Below, piece after piece: positions 1-9,517 of a stretch of 20,000 bases of DNA (positions are counted from its first letter, which is position 1; each line of letters starts with the position of its first letter). This stretch comes from an uncultured virus (IMG/VR IMGVR_UViG_3300025011_000035) (Duplodnaviria; Heunggongvirae; Uroviricota; Caudoviricetes): IMG/VR virus record IMGVR_UViG_3300025011_000035, one strand, 5' to 3'. The notes beneath the pieces were generated by a model that saw nothing but the letters and a program-made list of their open reading frames with translations, was not told the DNA's origin and did no database searches. The translations under genes and the position numbers were made by a program.

Positions 1-1125
1 GGACAATTCGGTATCTAACTCCTGAATTTGAAGGTCCAGATAATTTGATGCTTTAATCAGATCCTGTTTTACAACTTGTATAACATCGGCTACGCTTTTG
101 GCTATATTAGATTTAAAATTTCCTAATTCAATCTTTTCAATTCGATTCGTCAAGCAGTTCTTTACTGTTTTTATGACTTTTGCGTTGAGATTAATGTTCA
201 TTCTTGAATGTTTTATGGTGACTAGATCTCCGAGTTCGACGGTTTCTAATATCGCATAATTCTTGTATTCCTCGGTCTTAGATAACTCAACCAAGTCTAT
301 CTTGTAATTGAACGTTGGTATATCGATCTTAGAATCGATCAAAAAGTTGGTTGCTGCGAGTCTCAATTGTGCAATCGCCATCTCTTCAGTAATCAACAGA
401 CTTTCGTCAACGCCAATGTCGCTAAAATCCAGAGTTTTAATAACTGGATTTGGATAGTTGTCAATATATGGACTGTCGACGTACTTCTCAGGTAGTAGCA
501 GTTCATTATTACCAATTGGCATCAGGCGCGTACAAAGGCCCTCTGTGGTGAGTGTTTCTTCTATACCTTCTATATTCTTCCCATAAGCGATTAGGACGCC
601 TCTATCAAGCCCTCTGGCCTCTAAGAGCTTAACTGAGTAGTTATCCATAACGAGTTCTCCACCCCATGTGGCTATAATCCCTTCAGAACCTAGAATTGCC
701 TCAACCGGATTCATACGAGTAATCGTTTTAGTGTTGACTCCAGCAACATCGCTAGTGGCCTCAAAATTATGAGTATACTGAGTTGCGCCTAAGACTGAAG
801 TAAGTGCTGATGCGCCGGACGCTTCGGTCAAAGTTAAACTTTCAATTAAATTTCCAAGTAGATCGTAGAAAATATGACGAGCATTAACTTTAACATCAGT
901 CAACGTCTTTACTTTGCGATAAATCCTAAATAATTGACTATCAGCTTTTATGATGTTATCCTCTAATAGATATTTCCACTTACCTCGCGCATCTAATGGA
1001 TGGGTTAATTCAAGTTCGTACATACCATTTAAACCTTCGGTTAATGGTGCAGAAATAGTTTCAGACAATACAACCAAACCGTTATTATTAAAGTCTGCGC
1101 ATTTACTACCATACACGTTAATCAT
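1..1125 (-). CDS. Phage tail-tip / minor structural protein (Tal, prophage tail endopeptidase-like), N-terminal part; runs off the left edge
   Basis: Missing from the ORF track because no stop falls inside the window. ATG at 1125 overlaps the Dit stop (TAATG). Manual translation begins MINVYGSKCADFNNNGLVVLSETISAPLTEGLNGMYELELTHPLDARGKWKYLLEDNIIKADSQLFRIYRKVK, typical of Firmicutes phage minor structural protein N-termini. Lies directly after Dit. Confidence 0.85.
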   Translation of the reverse strand, partial: MINVYGSKCADFNNNGLVVLSETISAPLTEGLNGMYELELTHPLDARGKWKYLLEDNIIKADSQLFRIYRKVKTLTDVKVNARHIFYDLLGNLIESLTLTEASGASALTSVLGATQYTHNFEATSDVAGVNTKTITRMNPVEAILGSEGIIATWGGELVMDNYSVKLLEARGLDRGVLIAYGKNIEGIEETLTTEGLCTRLMPIGNNELLLPEKYVDSPYIDNYPNPVIKTLDFSDIGVDESLLITEEMAIAQLRLAATNFLIDSKIDIPTFNYKIDLVELSKTEEYKNYAILETVELGDLVTIKHSRMNINLNAKVIKTVKNCLTNRIEKIELGNFKSNIAKSVADVIQVVKQDLIKASNYLDLQIQELDTELS

Positions 1126-1829
1126 TATTTCCACCGCCAATTAGGTATAATTTCAATTTTACTAACTGACCCAATCCAACTAATAGTATTTGTATCGACA
1201 GTAAGTTTAGGAAAGTCTCCACTCATATCAGAATTTTTAAGAACATTATCCTTAAAACAATCCATTATATCACTGTCAATAGTTACATATTCTGAGACGT
1301 TCGTGAGAGTTATCAAAATGCCATTCACCATAAGATAAATAGTTCCGTCACCGTAAACTTTGATAACGGGATCACTCTCATGCGTCCCACGTCCATAGAT
1401 AGTTCCGTCACCATACATAGTCTCTTGAGGTATGAGAGTGATCTTTGAATTATCAAGCATTTTTGCAAACGGTTGACAATCAAAGACCACTACAAATTTA
1501 TACCATTGACGTATTATACGACTGAATGGTATTTGATTCATTATACTAGCTTGATATTTACGATCTGGTTGGTTTGAGAAAATAACTTCTCCAGATCTGT
1601 CTAACCAAGCTAGAACTCTATCCACCAATGCGATATCTAACAACGTACATTCGCAGGATTTGATCACGCTACCGTAAGTCCCAAAATCCTCGGTTAGGAA
1701 ACCATTTCTGCCAGGTATAAATACCTTATTTATATCTCGATTAACCTTAATGATTGGGGGTAACTCGGTTACCAAGATCCCCATATCTTTACTAGAAATG
1801 TCTTTGTATATAAAATACGGTTCGCCCAT
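1125..1829 (-). CDS. Distal tail protein (Dit)
   Basis: 234 aa directly after the tape measure gene, coupled by TAATG. Motifs IPGRNG, FSNQPDRKY, FDCQPF and C-terminal IEIIPNWRW are typical of Firmicutes siphophage Dit proteins. Confidence 0.85.
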   Translation of the reverse strand: MGEPYFIYKDISSKDMGILVTELPPIIKVNRDINKVFIPGRNGFLTEDFGTYGSVIKSCECTLLDIALVDRVLAWLDRSGEVIFSNQPDRKYQASIMNQIPFSRIIRQWYKFVVVFDCQPFAKMLDNSKITLIPQETMYGDGTIYGRGTHESDPVIKVYGDGTIYLMVNGILITLTNVSEYVTIDSDIMDCFKDNVLKNSDMSGDFPKLTVDTNTISWIGSVSKIEIIPNWRWK

Positions 1830-4800
1830 TAGTTACCACCCCTTCCCATTATTATTTGTTGTCTGTAGAATTCTAACTCCTCAGCGAGGGCTTGAACGTC
1901 CTGTGTTCGGTTATTTATAAAATTAGTTACGGTTACGGCTAGACCGCCACCTTGATTTGAACTGGGTGTGCCATTTGGTGTCTGTTTAGCGATGGTGGAA
2001 CTTAGACCAACCCTTCGATTCGCGTCCATACTGGAAATAGACGCGGTCTTACTTCTAATATCATCCACATTGATGGCTTGTGATCTGTTAAAGACTGAGT
2101 TTAGACCTTTATTGATATTTGTAAGGTCTATTACCGGACGAATTGTTGGCGTAATATCCATATTTCTACTAACGATGTCGACAATATTAGATACAGCGCT
2201 TCTTAAAGATTCCTTTGCGGTTACGGCAACATTTGAAACTTCGTTAACGACAACTCCAGTGAATTGTCTTAATCCACCAGCGAAACCTTCCATAGCGTAT
2301 CGTCCGACTTTAGCGAATTCTTTTGATGGAGATTGTATACCGAGTGTATCATTGGCCGCATTTAATGCTTGTTTAGCTGCATCTGCGGTGGCCTTAGCCA
2401 ATAATACAGCCTGACGTTTAACTCCTTGTGTTATACCGTCTATAATGTTTACACCAACGCTTACCCAATCGGGTTGTTTAAATATGTTTTGCGTATCAGT
2501 AACGATCTTTTTGAAGTCGTTGTTGGTTTGGGTATTCAAATCTTTGACTTTTGTCTCCCATTTTGAATTGAACTCGGTTAGTTGTGTTTCGGTATTAGTC
2601 GTTATGGCGGCAAGTTGAGTCTGGTATACGTCTTTAAGCTCAACCAATTGAGTATCGGTTTGAGTATTCAACTGTGTGATTTTCTTGTCGGACTGTTCTC
2701 TCATATCACCAAGTTCTCTTACGGCTTCACCTTTTGATTGCTTATGCTTGTCTTTCCATAAAGCCACGTACTTATCCAATTCAGGTTTTAGTAACGAGTT
2801 TAGGGCTTTGACTTTTTCAAGCGCGGTTGGACCCATCTCCTCGAGTTCTTTAATTAAGCCGTCACTAATACCCTTCTTGGATAATGACTTTATGTTTTTC
2901 TGCCATTCGTCAAAAGCCGCGACTTGCGTTTCTAAGTTTGTAACTAGTTCTTCGCCAGTTACAGCTTCTGATTCGCTAAGTTCGTCGAATAGTCCGTACG
3001 TCTTATACAAGGAATCGGCACGAGATTTAACGGCCTGTCTATACTCATCATTTACAGAGCGTGTGTCTTGTTTTAGCTTTTCATTAATACCTTTCGTTTT
3101 AGCGTAGTAATCATCTTCCAATGTTTTTTGCTTTTCGAGTATTTCCTTTTTAAGACGATATACCTCTCGATCGACTTTCTCTCGTTCCTCTGTTCCAGCA
3201 GCATATTTACTTTGTATGTTTTGCCAAGCAGAGAGTTCTTCCATCAAACTAAGTTGATTGTAATATTTCCGATCGTCAATTAACTTGATCGATTTGTCAA
3301 ATTCTTCTTTACTTATTTGTTGTCTCGTCTTGGATGCTTCGCGATTAGTTTTATCACTCTTAGTGATCTCTTTGTTACTCGCATCCGAAACTTTCGTAGC
3401 CATAGTCTTTGATTCTTCGACCGCTTTTGGCGTGTCTTGTTTTATTCCGTTTTTTAAACCAGCAACAATGTTCGCTCCATAATCTTGGAACACTTTACTT
3501 GGTGAGGCGATACCTAAGGCGTTTGCCGCCGATTCGTTTACCGCCTTTCCTAAATCACCAGCCGTCCTACTGGCTTCCGATTGGGTGCTCTTTAATCCGT
3601 CAATTAATTGTTCACCAGAACGTAGTCCCATCTCAGTAAATACTTTTGACGGAGACTTTATACCTAAGAATCTTTCAGCGCTGTCTACGGCTTCGCCAAC
3701 TATTCCGGTTATAGCTTTAGATAGTGATCCAGCCATATTAACAACGCCTTTGACTAGACCTTTAACAATGTTACCGCCAACGTCTATGATTTTAGGAAGT
3801 AAATCAATAACCGCGTCAACAATGGCAGTTATAAGATTACCGACCGCATCATATAATTGTTGATGGTTATTTCTAATGGCGTCGGCTAATCCGTTGATAA
3901 ATGCAATAATGACTTTGAATGCTGCGTCTACGATGGCTGGGAGTTTGGACACTACTCCTGCAATGAACTGTAAGATTACGTCAATACCGGCCTCTACTAC
4001 GTCCCTAATGCGTTCAGTTACGCCCTTAAGGATTCCCAATATCAGTTTCATTCCAGAATCAATCATTTTTGGAACTGCTGCTACGAGTGTATCTAGTATT
4101 GATAATGTAAGAGTTGCAATTGTGGTTATGATTTGTGGGCCAACTTCCACAATTATTTGATGCATAGCCATCATTACGTCTTGCATAGCTTTTGCTATTG
4201 TAGGTGCGCCTTCACCAATAATCCTAGCAAAATCGATAATGCCTTTGGCTAGCGTTTGAAATATGAATGGTATTAGACCAACGATGCTGCTAACCACTGC
4301 GACTAATGCGACGGCTCCGGCGGTGCCAGATACGGCTAAGGCCGCGAGTCCAGCTGAGAAAGCTAATAATCCAACACCTACCGCCAAACAGCCAACCCCT
4401 AATATTGCTATGGCTCCGGCCAGTGATAATATTGCGGGAGTTAGTGGTGCTAAAAGTAAACCGGCTAATCCGATAACTCCAAATGCGCCAGCCAAAGCAA
4501 GTAGACTTGTTCCGATCGCGGGCAATGACATGGAACCAAGAGTCTGTAATACTTGCGCTAAAATTAGAAGCGCCCCAACAAGGATAAACAAGGCCGTTGC
4601 ATCAAGTATTTTATTTTTCATTAGAGCAAAAGTAGCTATGATGATTCCTAGAGATCCGGCCATAGCTAATAAACCTTTTAATATTTCTTCCCATGACATT
4701 TTACCAAGCGTGGATAAAGCTTTCGCTAATATGGTTATCGTTGTGGCAATATCGAGCATGGCTAATGATTGGAATAATATATTCTTCGGTAACGCTTTAA

Positions 4801-7588
4801 ATGTTAAAACTATGATCCCTAAAGCCCCAGCTAACGTTGTTAACCCTCTTGCGATTTCGTCCCATGACAGTTTTCCCATATTGCCAATCGCTTTTGCGAA
4901 TATAATCATAGCTGCGCCAAGAATGGTTAACGATAACGCTGTGGAAATTACATTTTTAACGTTACCCGTGAGATTTACAAATATGCCAACTTCGGCCAAC
5001 ACAACGCCGACACCAAGCAGTCCTTTGATCAGAGCTACAGTATCTATTTCGCTGAACTTTTTGACGGCAACACCTAACACGTTTATAGCTATAGCCAGAA
5101 CCACAATACCAACACTTTTGATCACGCCCATGCCACTTAGATCCGCGACTTTCATAAATAACGCTAGTTCAGCCATCAATACACCAACGCCGATTAGACC
5201 ATTGGTTAACCCAGCTTTATCGACAGTGCTTAAACTCTTTACCGATGAAACAAGAACTCGTATTGCTGTGCCGAAAATGATAAAGCCAATTGATGCTCTT
5301 ATTAGACTTCCAGATATACCACTTAGAACTTTTGATGACACTAACAATATACCGGTTAAAGCCGCAACAGCAGTGAGGCCTTGTTGCATGCCTTCTTTGT
5401 CTATTTTGGATAAGACGGTCATTGCGTGAGCGAGAATAAGAATTGCTACAGATAAACCAAGCATCGCGGTCGTAATTCTAGCCATTACCATGAACCCTAA
5501 ACCGCCAGAGACCTTCTCGAATAAAGCCATTGCTCCAAAAAGTTGTAGAAACATCGTGGTCATAGCAGCTAGTGAGGATGCAAGTTTATTAGAATCGATC
5601 GAGGCTATAGCTACAAGTGCCACCGCTAATATACCAATGGCAATGGCTATTTTCAATAGGATCGCGGCTTTTAATGACGATTGATATGCTTCGAGACTAC
5701 CTCTAACATCACCGAGAATTCCGGTGATGTTTCCGAGGAAATCTCCTGTGTCATCAGCTATCGATGTTATCGATTTCACGAATCTACGTAATCCCAGTAA
5801 GATGGCTGCGAATACACCACCGTTTATCATATTGGCTATCGAATTGAAGTCTGAGTTATCAATGGCGCTGGCGATACCACTACCTAGTTTCGAGAACGCC
5901 CCGCCGATAATGTCTGCTATTTTATAGAATGTTGGAGCTACAGCTTTTAGTCCGGCCAATATACCAGCGAATACAGCATCTACCATTTCCCCAAGCTTTT
6001 CAAATGGTTTAAATTTGGTAGTAACATGATCGGAGAAAGAATCAAGACCGGTTGTGTCAACATCACCAAGCGATGTAAATGCCTTAGTTATAGTATTTAT
6101 CGCGGATTTAATTCCGTCAGCAATAGGTTTAATAAGATCTCCTATTTTTTGAATAACCACATTAAACGAATCCGAAGATTTTATTGCCTTATCAATCGAC
6201 GTTAGAAACTCTCCGATACTACCTGTCACGGCAAGAAAGCCGCCACCTACCGGAATCAAATACTGAATAACTGAACTAAGGCCGCCAGCGATCGCGAACA
6301 ACGCCTGCTTACCAATATCGAGTATAGCAAACAAACCCTTAAAAGTACTCTTTATGTTAGCGGCTGTTTCTTCTCCTATTTTGAAGTTCCTCGACAAATC
6401 TCTTATTGATTCGGAAATCTTAACGAGTCTTTCACCAGTCATCGGCGGAAAAATGTCACTGAAGGCTTGACCTATTGGATCTAAAACCTCTTTAATTCCT
6501 TTGAAGGAGTTGAATAGCGCCTCTATGATAGCGTATCGTCCGTCGTTAGCCTTCCAGAAAATAAGCATCTCGTTTCTAGCCTCGGCAGATGCTCCAGCGA
6601 TAGCTCCAAACCCGTCATTGATCGCCGTAAAGAAACCAGCAGCTTCTTCTCTGTCACCTATGACGTGCTCCCATGTTTGAGCCCATCCAGATTGTACGGA
6701 CTCTTTCATTGTGCTAAGTAGTTGAGTTAAAGTTTTAACTTGTGTGGCCGCTTTAATTAAAGACTCGTCCGCAGCAAACTTAGCAAGTGTCTTGGTTAAT
6801 ACTTCGGTCGTCATCCAACCAGATTCCAACGACTCTCTGAATGATATAGCCATGTTTCGACCATGACCAAGTTCCTTTGCGGTCTTCTCCAAAGCTTTCT
6901 GGAAAAGTTCTCCGCCCATACCAGCATTAACTACAGAGTTCCAGTCCATAAGTTTAACTGCGCCGGACGCTATAGCCTGGGAGAGCTGATACATAGCTGT
7001 GGATGCTTGTAATGCGCTTGATCCGGAACCAGCAGCAAGGTTAGCTATGCCTTTGATCGAGGTCGTTGATGTTTTAAGGTCGACGCCAGCAGCTGTAAAT
7101 GTTCCTATATTTCTTGTCATTTCAGCAAAATTGTAAATGGTTTTATCGGCATATATATTCAACTCGTTGAGTGCTTTGTTTACGTCATCAAGGGTTGTGC
7201 CTTTACTTGCGGTGTTAGTTAAGACCGTTGTGATGGCGTTCATTTTAGTTTCGTATTCTTCTAAACCAGTCTTTATCGGGTTGATAGTAAGTGACGCTAA
7301 TAATTGTTTACCACTATAGATGGCTGAATTAGTAATGTTTTGGAGAGCAGTAACCCCGACAATGCCCAGCGTCGAGAACCTATTGGATAAATTATTAACG
7401 CCTTCAGCTATACCAGCTAGAGAAAACGATTTTCCAGCTCTATCTAAATTCGATAAACTTCTAGTTGCGCCATCTAGATTTAGACCGGCCTTCAAGTTAT
7501 TAAGCGATGCCACACTCGAACGAATCCCATTTTCAAACTGTTGATTATAGAGTCGTAATTCAACAACTCGTTCATCGACACTATGCAT
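1829..7588 (-). CDS. Tail tape measure protein (about 1919 aa)
   Basis: Start refined to ATG 7588 (MHSVDERVV), after GGAGGAGG and overlapping the upstream stop. N-terminal tape-measure domain (YADKTIYNFAEM...LMDWNSVVNAGMGG), long Ala/Leu/Gly hydrophobic repeats and three LGIxSPSKxF motifs. Sits between the chaperones and Dit. Confidence 0.95.
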   Translation of the reverse strand: MHSVDERVVELRLYNQQFENGIRSSVASLNNLKAGLNLDGATRSLSNLDRAGKSFSLAGIAEGVNNLSNRFSTLGIVGVTALQNITNSAIYSGKQLLASLTINPIKTGLEEYETKMNAITTVLTNTASKGTTLDDVNKALNELNIYADKTIYNFAEMTRNIGTFTAAGVDLKTSTTSIKGIANLAAGSGSSALQASTAMYQLSQAIASGAVKLMDWNSVVNAGMGGELFQKALEKTAKELGHGRNMAISFRESLESGWMTTEVLTKTLAKFAADESLIKAATQVKTLTQLLSTMKESVQSGWAQTWEHVIGDREEAAGFFTAINDGFGAIAGASAEARNEMLIFWKANDGRYAIIEALFNSFKGIKEVLDPIGQAFSDIFPPMTGERLVKISESIRDLSRNFKIGEETAANIKSTFKGLFAILDIGKQALFAIAGGLSSVIQYLIPVGGGFLAVTGSIGEFLTSIDKAIKSSDSFNVVIQKIGDLIKPIADGIKSAINTITKAFTSLGDVDTTGLDSFSDHVTTKFKPFEKLGEMVDAVFAGILAGLKAVAPTFYKIADIIGGAFSKLGSGIASAIDNSDFNSIANMINGGVFAAILLGLRRFVKSITSIADDTGDFLGNITGILGDVRGSLEAYQSSLKAAILLKIAIAIGILAVALVAIASIDSNKLASSLAAMTTMFLQLFGAMALFEKVSGGLGFMVMARITTAMLGLSVAILILAHAMTVLSKIDKEGMQQGLTAVAALTGILLVSSKVLSGISGSLIRASIGFIIFGTAIRVLVSSVKSLSTVDKAGLTNGLIGVGVLMAELALFMKVADLSGMGVIKSVGIVVLAIAINVLGVAVKKFSEIDTVALIKGLLGVGVVLAEVGIFVNLTGNVKNVISTALSLTILGAAMIIFAKAIGNMGKLSWDEIARGLTTLAGALGIIVLTFKALPKNILFQSLAMLDIATTITILAKALSTLGKMSWEEILKGLLAMAGSLGIIIATFALMKNKILDATALFILVGALLILAQVLQTLGSMSLPAIGTSLLALAGAFGVIGLAGLLLAPLTPAILSLAGAIAILGVGCLAVGVGLLAFSAGLAALAVSGTAGAVALVAVVSSIVGLIPFIFQTLAKGIIDFARIIGEGAPTIAKAMQDVMMAMHQIIVEVGPQIITTIATLTLSILDTLVAAVPKMIDSGMKLILGILKGVTERIRDVVEAGIDVILQFIAGVVSKLPAIVDAAFKVIIAFINGLADAIRNNHQQLYDAVGNLITAIVDAVIDLLPKIIDVGGNIVKGLVKGVVNMAGSLSKAITGIVGEAVDSAERFLGIKSPSKVFTEMGLRSGEQLIDGLKSTQSEASRTAGDLGKAVNESAANALGIASPSKVFQDYGANIVAGLKNGIKQDTPKAVEESKTMATKVSDASNKEITKSDKTNREASKTRQQISKEEFDKSIKLIDDRKYYNQLSLMEELSAWQNIQSKYAAGTEEREKVDREVYRLKKEILEKQKTLEDDYYAKTKGINEKLKQDTRSVNDEYRQAVKSRADSLYKTYGLFDELSESEAVTGEELVTNLETQVAAFDEWQKNIKSLSKKGISDGLIKELEEMGPTALEKVKALNSLLKPELDKYVALWKDKHKQSKGEAVRELGDMREQSDKKITQLNTQTDTQLVELKDVYQTQLAAITTNTETQLTEFNSKWETKVKDLNTQTNNDFKKIVTDTQNIFKQPDWVSVGVNIIDGITQGVKRQAVLLAKATADAAKQALNAANDTLGIQSPSKEFAKVGRYAMEGFAGGLRQFTGVVVNEVSNVAVTAKESLRSAVSNIVDIVSRNMDITPTIRPVIDLTNINKGLNSVFNRSQAINVDDIRSKTASISSMDANRRVGLSSTIAKQTPNGTPSSNQGGGLAVTVTNFINNRTQDVQALAEELEFYRQQIIMGRGGN

Positions 7589-7962
7589 TATCCAATTACC
7601 TCCTCCCACATCGTGTTTGCCATTTTATCAAATATATGCCGTAATGCTGGGTTTATATAATCCCTACCTTGGACATAACCGCCATTTCGTGTTGCGTGAC
7701 CGTATTGAATTATGATCGCTATCGGTACACCGTTAACTACGTTTGAATTAGTCCACATGATTGATAAAGAAGTTCCTTCTCGATGAACTTCATATTTCCA
7801 CGAAAGTGCCGTTAGTCCAGAATCTAACGGTGTATTTAAAGCAAGGGCTCGCACGCCTTCTTGCCCGTATCTTTCTAAAATTGCCGCGTAGTTAATTTTT
7901 GGAGCTCGCGTAAGCATCCGTTCTAATCGTCTGAAACTTCCACGATGATGTATTTTTATCAT
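7588..7962 (-). CDS. HK97 gp10-like neck / tail completion protein
   Basis: 124 aa with TPLDSGLTALSW, IIQYGHATRNGGYVQGRDYINPA; this matches the TPxDTG...EYG...P pattern of gp10-like proteins. Confidence 0.7.
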   Translation of the reverse strand: MIKIHHRGSFRRLERMLTRAPKINYAAILERYGQEGVRALALNTPLDSGLTALSWKYEVHREGTSLSIMWTNSNVVNGVPIAIIIQYGHATRNGGYVQGRDYINPALRHIFDKMANTMWEEVIG

Positions 7963-8483
7963 CCCTTTGTACCTAGCGATTCTCTACGGGACGCGTTTAA
8001 CGCCGCGTTTCGACTCATGAGTTCCTTCTTACTACGCTTCTTTGGAGATTGGTTCTTAACACCACATACGTTTATGAGTGTTAATAATCTATTAAGATGC
8101 CATTTTTGGCACTCAAAAGGGATATTCATCGATATCATCCAATAATAAATTATCTCAGCAGTTATGATTTCTCGGTTGGTTGTTTTATTTTCGTTGTGGA
8201 AAGTTGTAGCCGTCATTGCGGCTTCTATGTAATCTCTTACTTGTTTAATGTTGTCGTTGGATATGAGATTAAAGATATCATGATCGACATTTTTAGTTAT
8301 TGTCATACATCTTATGTAATCAATAGTTTCCTCTTTTGATAAAAACGGTTTAAGCCACTTTGACTCCCATTTTGAAATGGAGACCAGCGAATGCTCCAGG
8401 CATAATGTTTGTTCTTTAGATGTGAAGAACTTATCGTTTACTTCGTCGTATTGTTCAGTAGCCAATATTGTAATGTTGAGCAT
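7959..8483 (-). CDS. Probable tail assembly chaperone (second, gpT-like)
   Basis: 174 aa with its own RBS (GGGGAGG). LEHSLVSISKWE...WHLNRLLTLI; follows the first chaperone and precedes the gp10-like and tape measure genes. Confidence 0.6.
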   Translation of the reverse strand: MLNITILATEQYDEVNDKFFTSKEQTLCLEHSLVSISKWESKWLKPFLSKEETIDYIRCMTITKNVDHDIFNLISNDNIKQVRDYIEAAMTATTFHNENKTTNREIITAEIIYYWMISMNIPFECQKWHLNRLLTLINVCGVKNQSPKKRSKKELMSRNAALNASRRESLGTKG

Positions 8484-8506
8484 ACGTCTGGCCTCCCCTA
8501 TTAACT

Positions 8507-8881
8507 TTACTTAATCGAAATGGGACTTGACGGCACAATACCGTTTACGAAAGCGGATGCGGCTTCTGGATTTGTAGCCAGTTCTAGGAATAATTCGCTA
8601 TAGGCTTCAGTCTGTGAAAACGCGTCTCTTAGTTCCTGGTTCTTAACAAATCGTTTACCATCCGGAGACTTCTCACCGTAAGATTTTAGGATTAAATCTT
8701 TAAACACCTCAATGATTCGTTTTGTGTCTTGAGACGCTACAATTTTTTCAAGCATAGCAGCGAGACCACCGGTCGTAGACATCTCCATCTCGATGACCTC
8801 GGCTTTTGTGAGATTGAAATAGAACTCTTCGGTTCTTTTGTTACCATCGAAATCGACATAAGGAATGGTTTTTTTCATCAT
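8507..8881 (-). CDS. Probable tail assembly chaperone (first, gpG-like)
   Basis: Start refined to ATG 8881 after AAGGGAG. MMKKTIPYVDFDGNKRTEEFYFNLTKAE...FVNGIVP; size and position between major tail and tape measure genes fit a chaperone. Confidence 0.65.
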   Translation of the reverse strand: MMKKTIPYVDFDGNKRTEEFYFNLTKAEVIEMEMSTTGGLAAMLEKIVASQDTKRIIEVFKDLILKSYGEKSPDGKRFVKNQELRDAFSQTEAYSELFLELATNPEAASAFVNGIVPSSPISIK

Positions 8882-8959
8882 TTGGTTTTTAACTCCCTTC
8901 AAATTTTAAGTAGCGTTTAGACTGTGTTATTAGCACAGGGCCGATTAAGAGGGCGATGT

Positions 8960-9223
8960 TTATTTTACAAGAACATTTTTCCATTTCTTGTAGGCGTCGA
9001 GATAACCCTCGCACTTGTCACCGTTCCAAGTAAACTCGTAATACATACCATCAGAGACAGTTGTGCTGAGCATGGCTTTGTTGTTCTGGAGAGTTTTACA
9101 TTGCCACACAATGAAGACGTTATCTTGTACAATTTTCCCGTTCTTATCCGTCGAGTCTACCTGCGAGTTAAAGTAATCAACCACTGCTCCAACGGCTTTT
9201 GCTCTAAAATCTTGTTCTTGCAT
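8960..9223 (-). CDS. Small conserved phage protein, DUF6275-like
   Basis: 87 aa. VFIVWQCKTLQNNKAMLSTTVSDGMYYEFTWNGDKCEGYLDAYKKWKN is recognised from memory as the DUF6275 signature. Confidence 0.7.
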   Translation of the reverse strand: MQEQDFRAKAVGAVVDYFNSQVDSTDKNGKIVQDNVFIVWQCKTLQNNKAMLSTTVSDGMYYEFTWNGDKCEGYLDAYKKWKNVLVK

Positions 9224-9224
9224 T

Positions 9225-9443
9225 TTAATTAACTATGGTTATATCTATATAGTATTCCTTGTCTACTTTGAGTGATTTGGCGACTTCGGCGTTAACCGAG
9301 TAAAGAGTAATCTGACCGGCTGGAATATGAGTAAAGAATTTATCGTTTTCAGAACCTTCTTCCGTCACAGCTTGTAAAGTGATATCGGAACTTCCTCGCA
9401 CTATTAGATTTTTGACGCATTTGAATTTAGCTCGGGCTATCAT
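9225..9443 (-). CDS. Small hypothetical phage protein
   Basis: 72 aa, RBS GAAAGGGTG. RAKFKC...SENDKFF...PAGQI...EYYIDIT resembles a widespread uncharacterised small phage protein. Confidence 0.7.
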   Translation of the reverse strand: MIARAKFKCVKNLIVRGSSDITLQAVTEEGSENDKFFTHIPAGQITLYSVNAEVAKSLKVDKEYYIDITIVN

Positions 9444-9465
9444 ACAATCACCCTTTCAAATTACG

Positions 9466-9499
9466 AAAACGGAGCTCTCATATTTCAGAGAACCCCGCC
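9466..9499 (-). terminator. Probable intrinsic terminator/attenuator after the major tail gene
   Basis: Minus strand GGCGGGGTTCTC-TGAAATAT-GAGAGCTCCGTT followed by TT. The stem needs G-U pairs that work on the minus-strand RNA. The short U-tract suggests leaky termination. Confidence 0.65.
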
Positions 9500-9517
9500 T
9501 ACAAATTGGTTTATCTA

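Noticed and set aside
4263..5429. 388-aa plus-strand ORF, plus other antisense ORFs (1968-2414, 2676-3107, 14545-15225 and similar)
   Set aside because: These are shadows of well-supported minus-strand genes. The antisense of Ala/Leu/Gly/Val-rich codons is poor in stops, and the products have no recognisable motifs.
8484..8540. Programmed -1 frameshift between the two tail chaperone genes
   Set aside because: No X XXY YYZ slippery heptamer near the end of the first gene, and the second gene has its own strong SD (GGGGAGG) and ATG.
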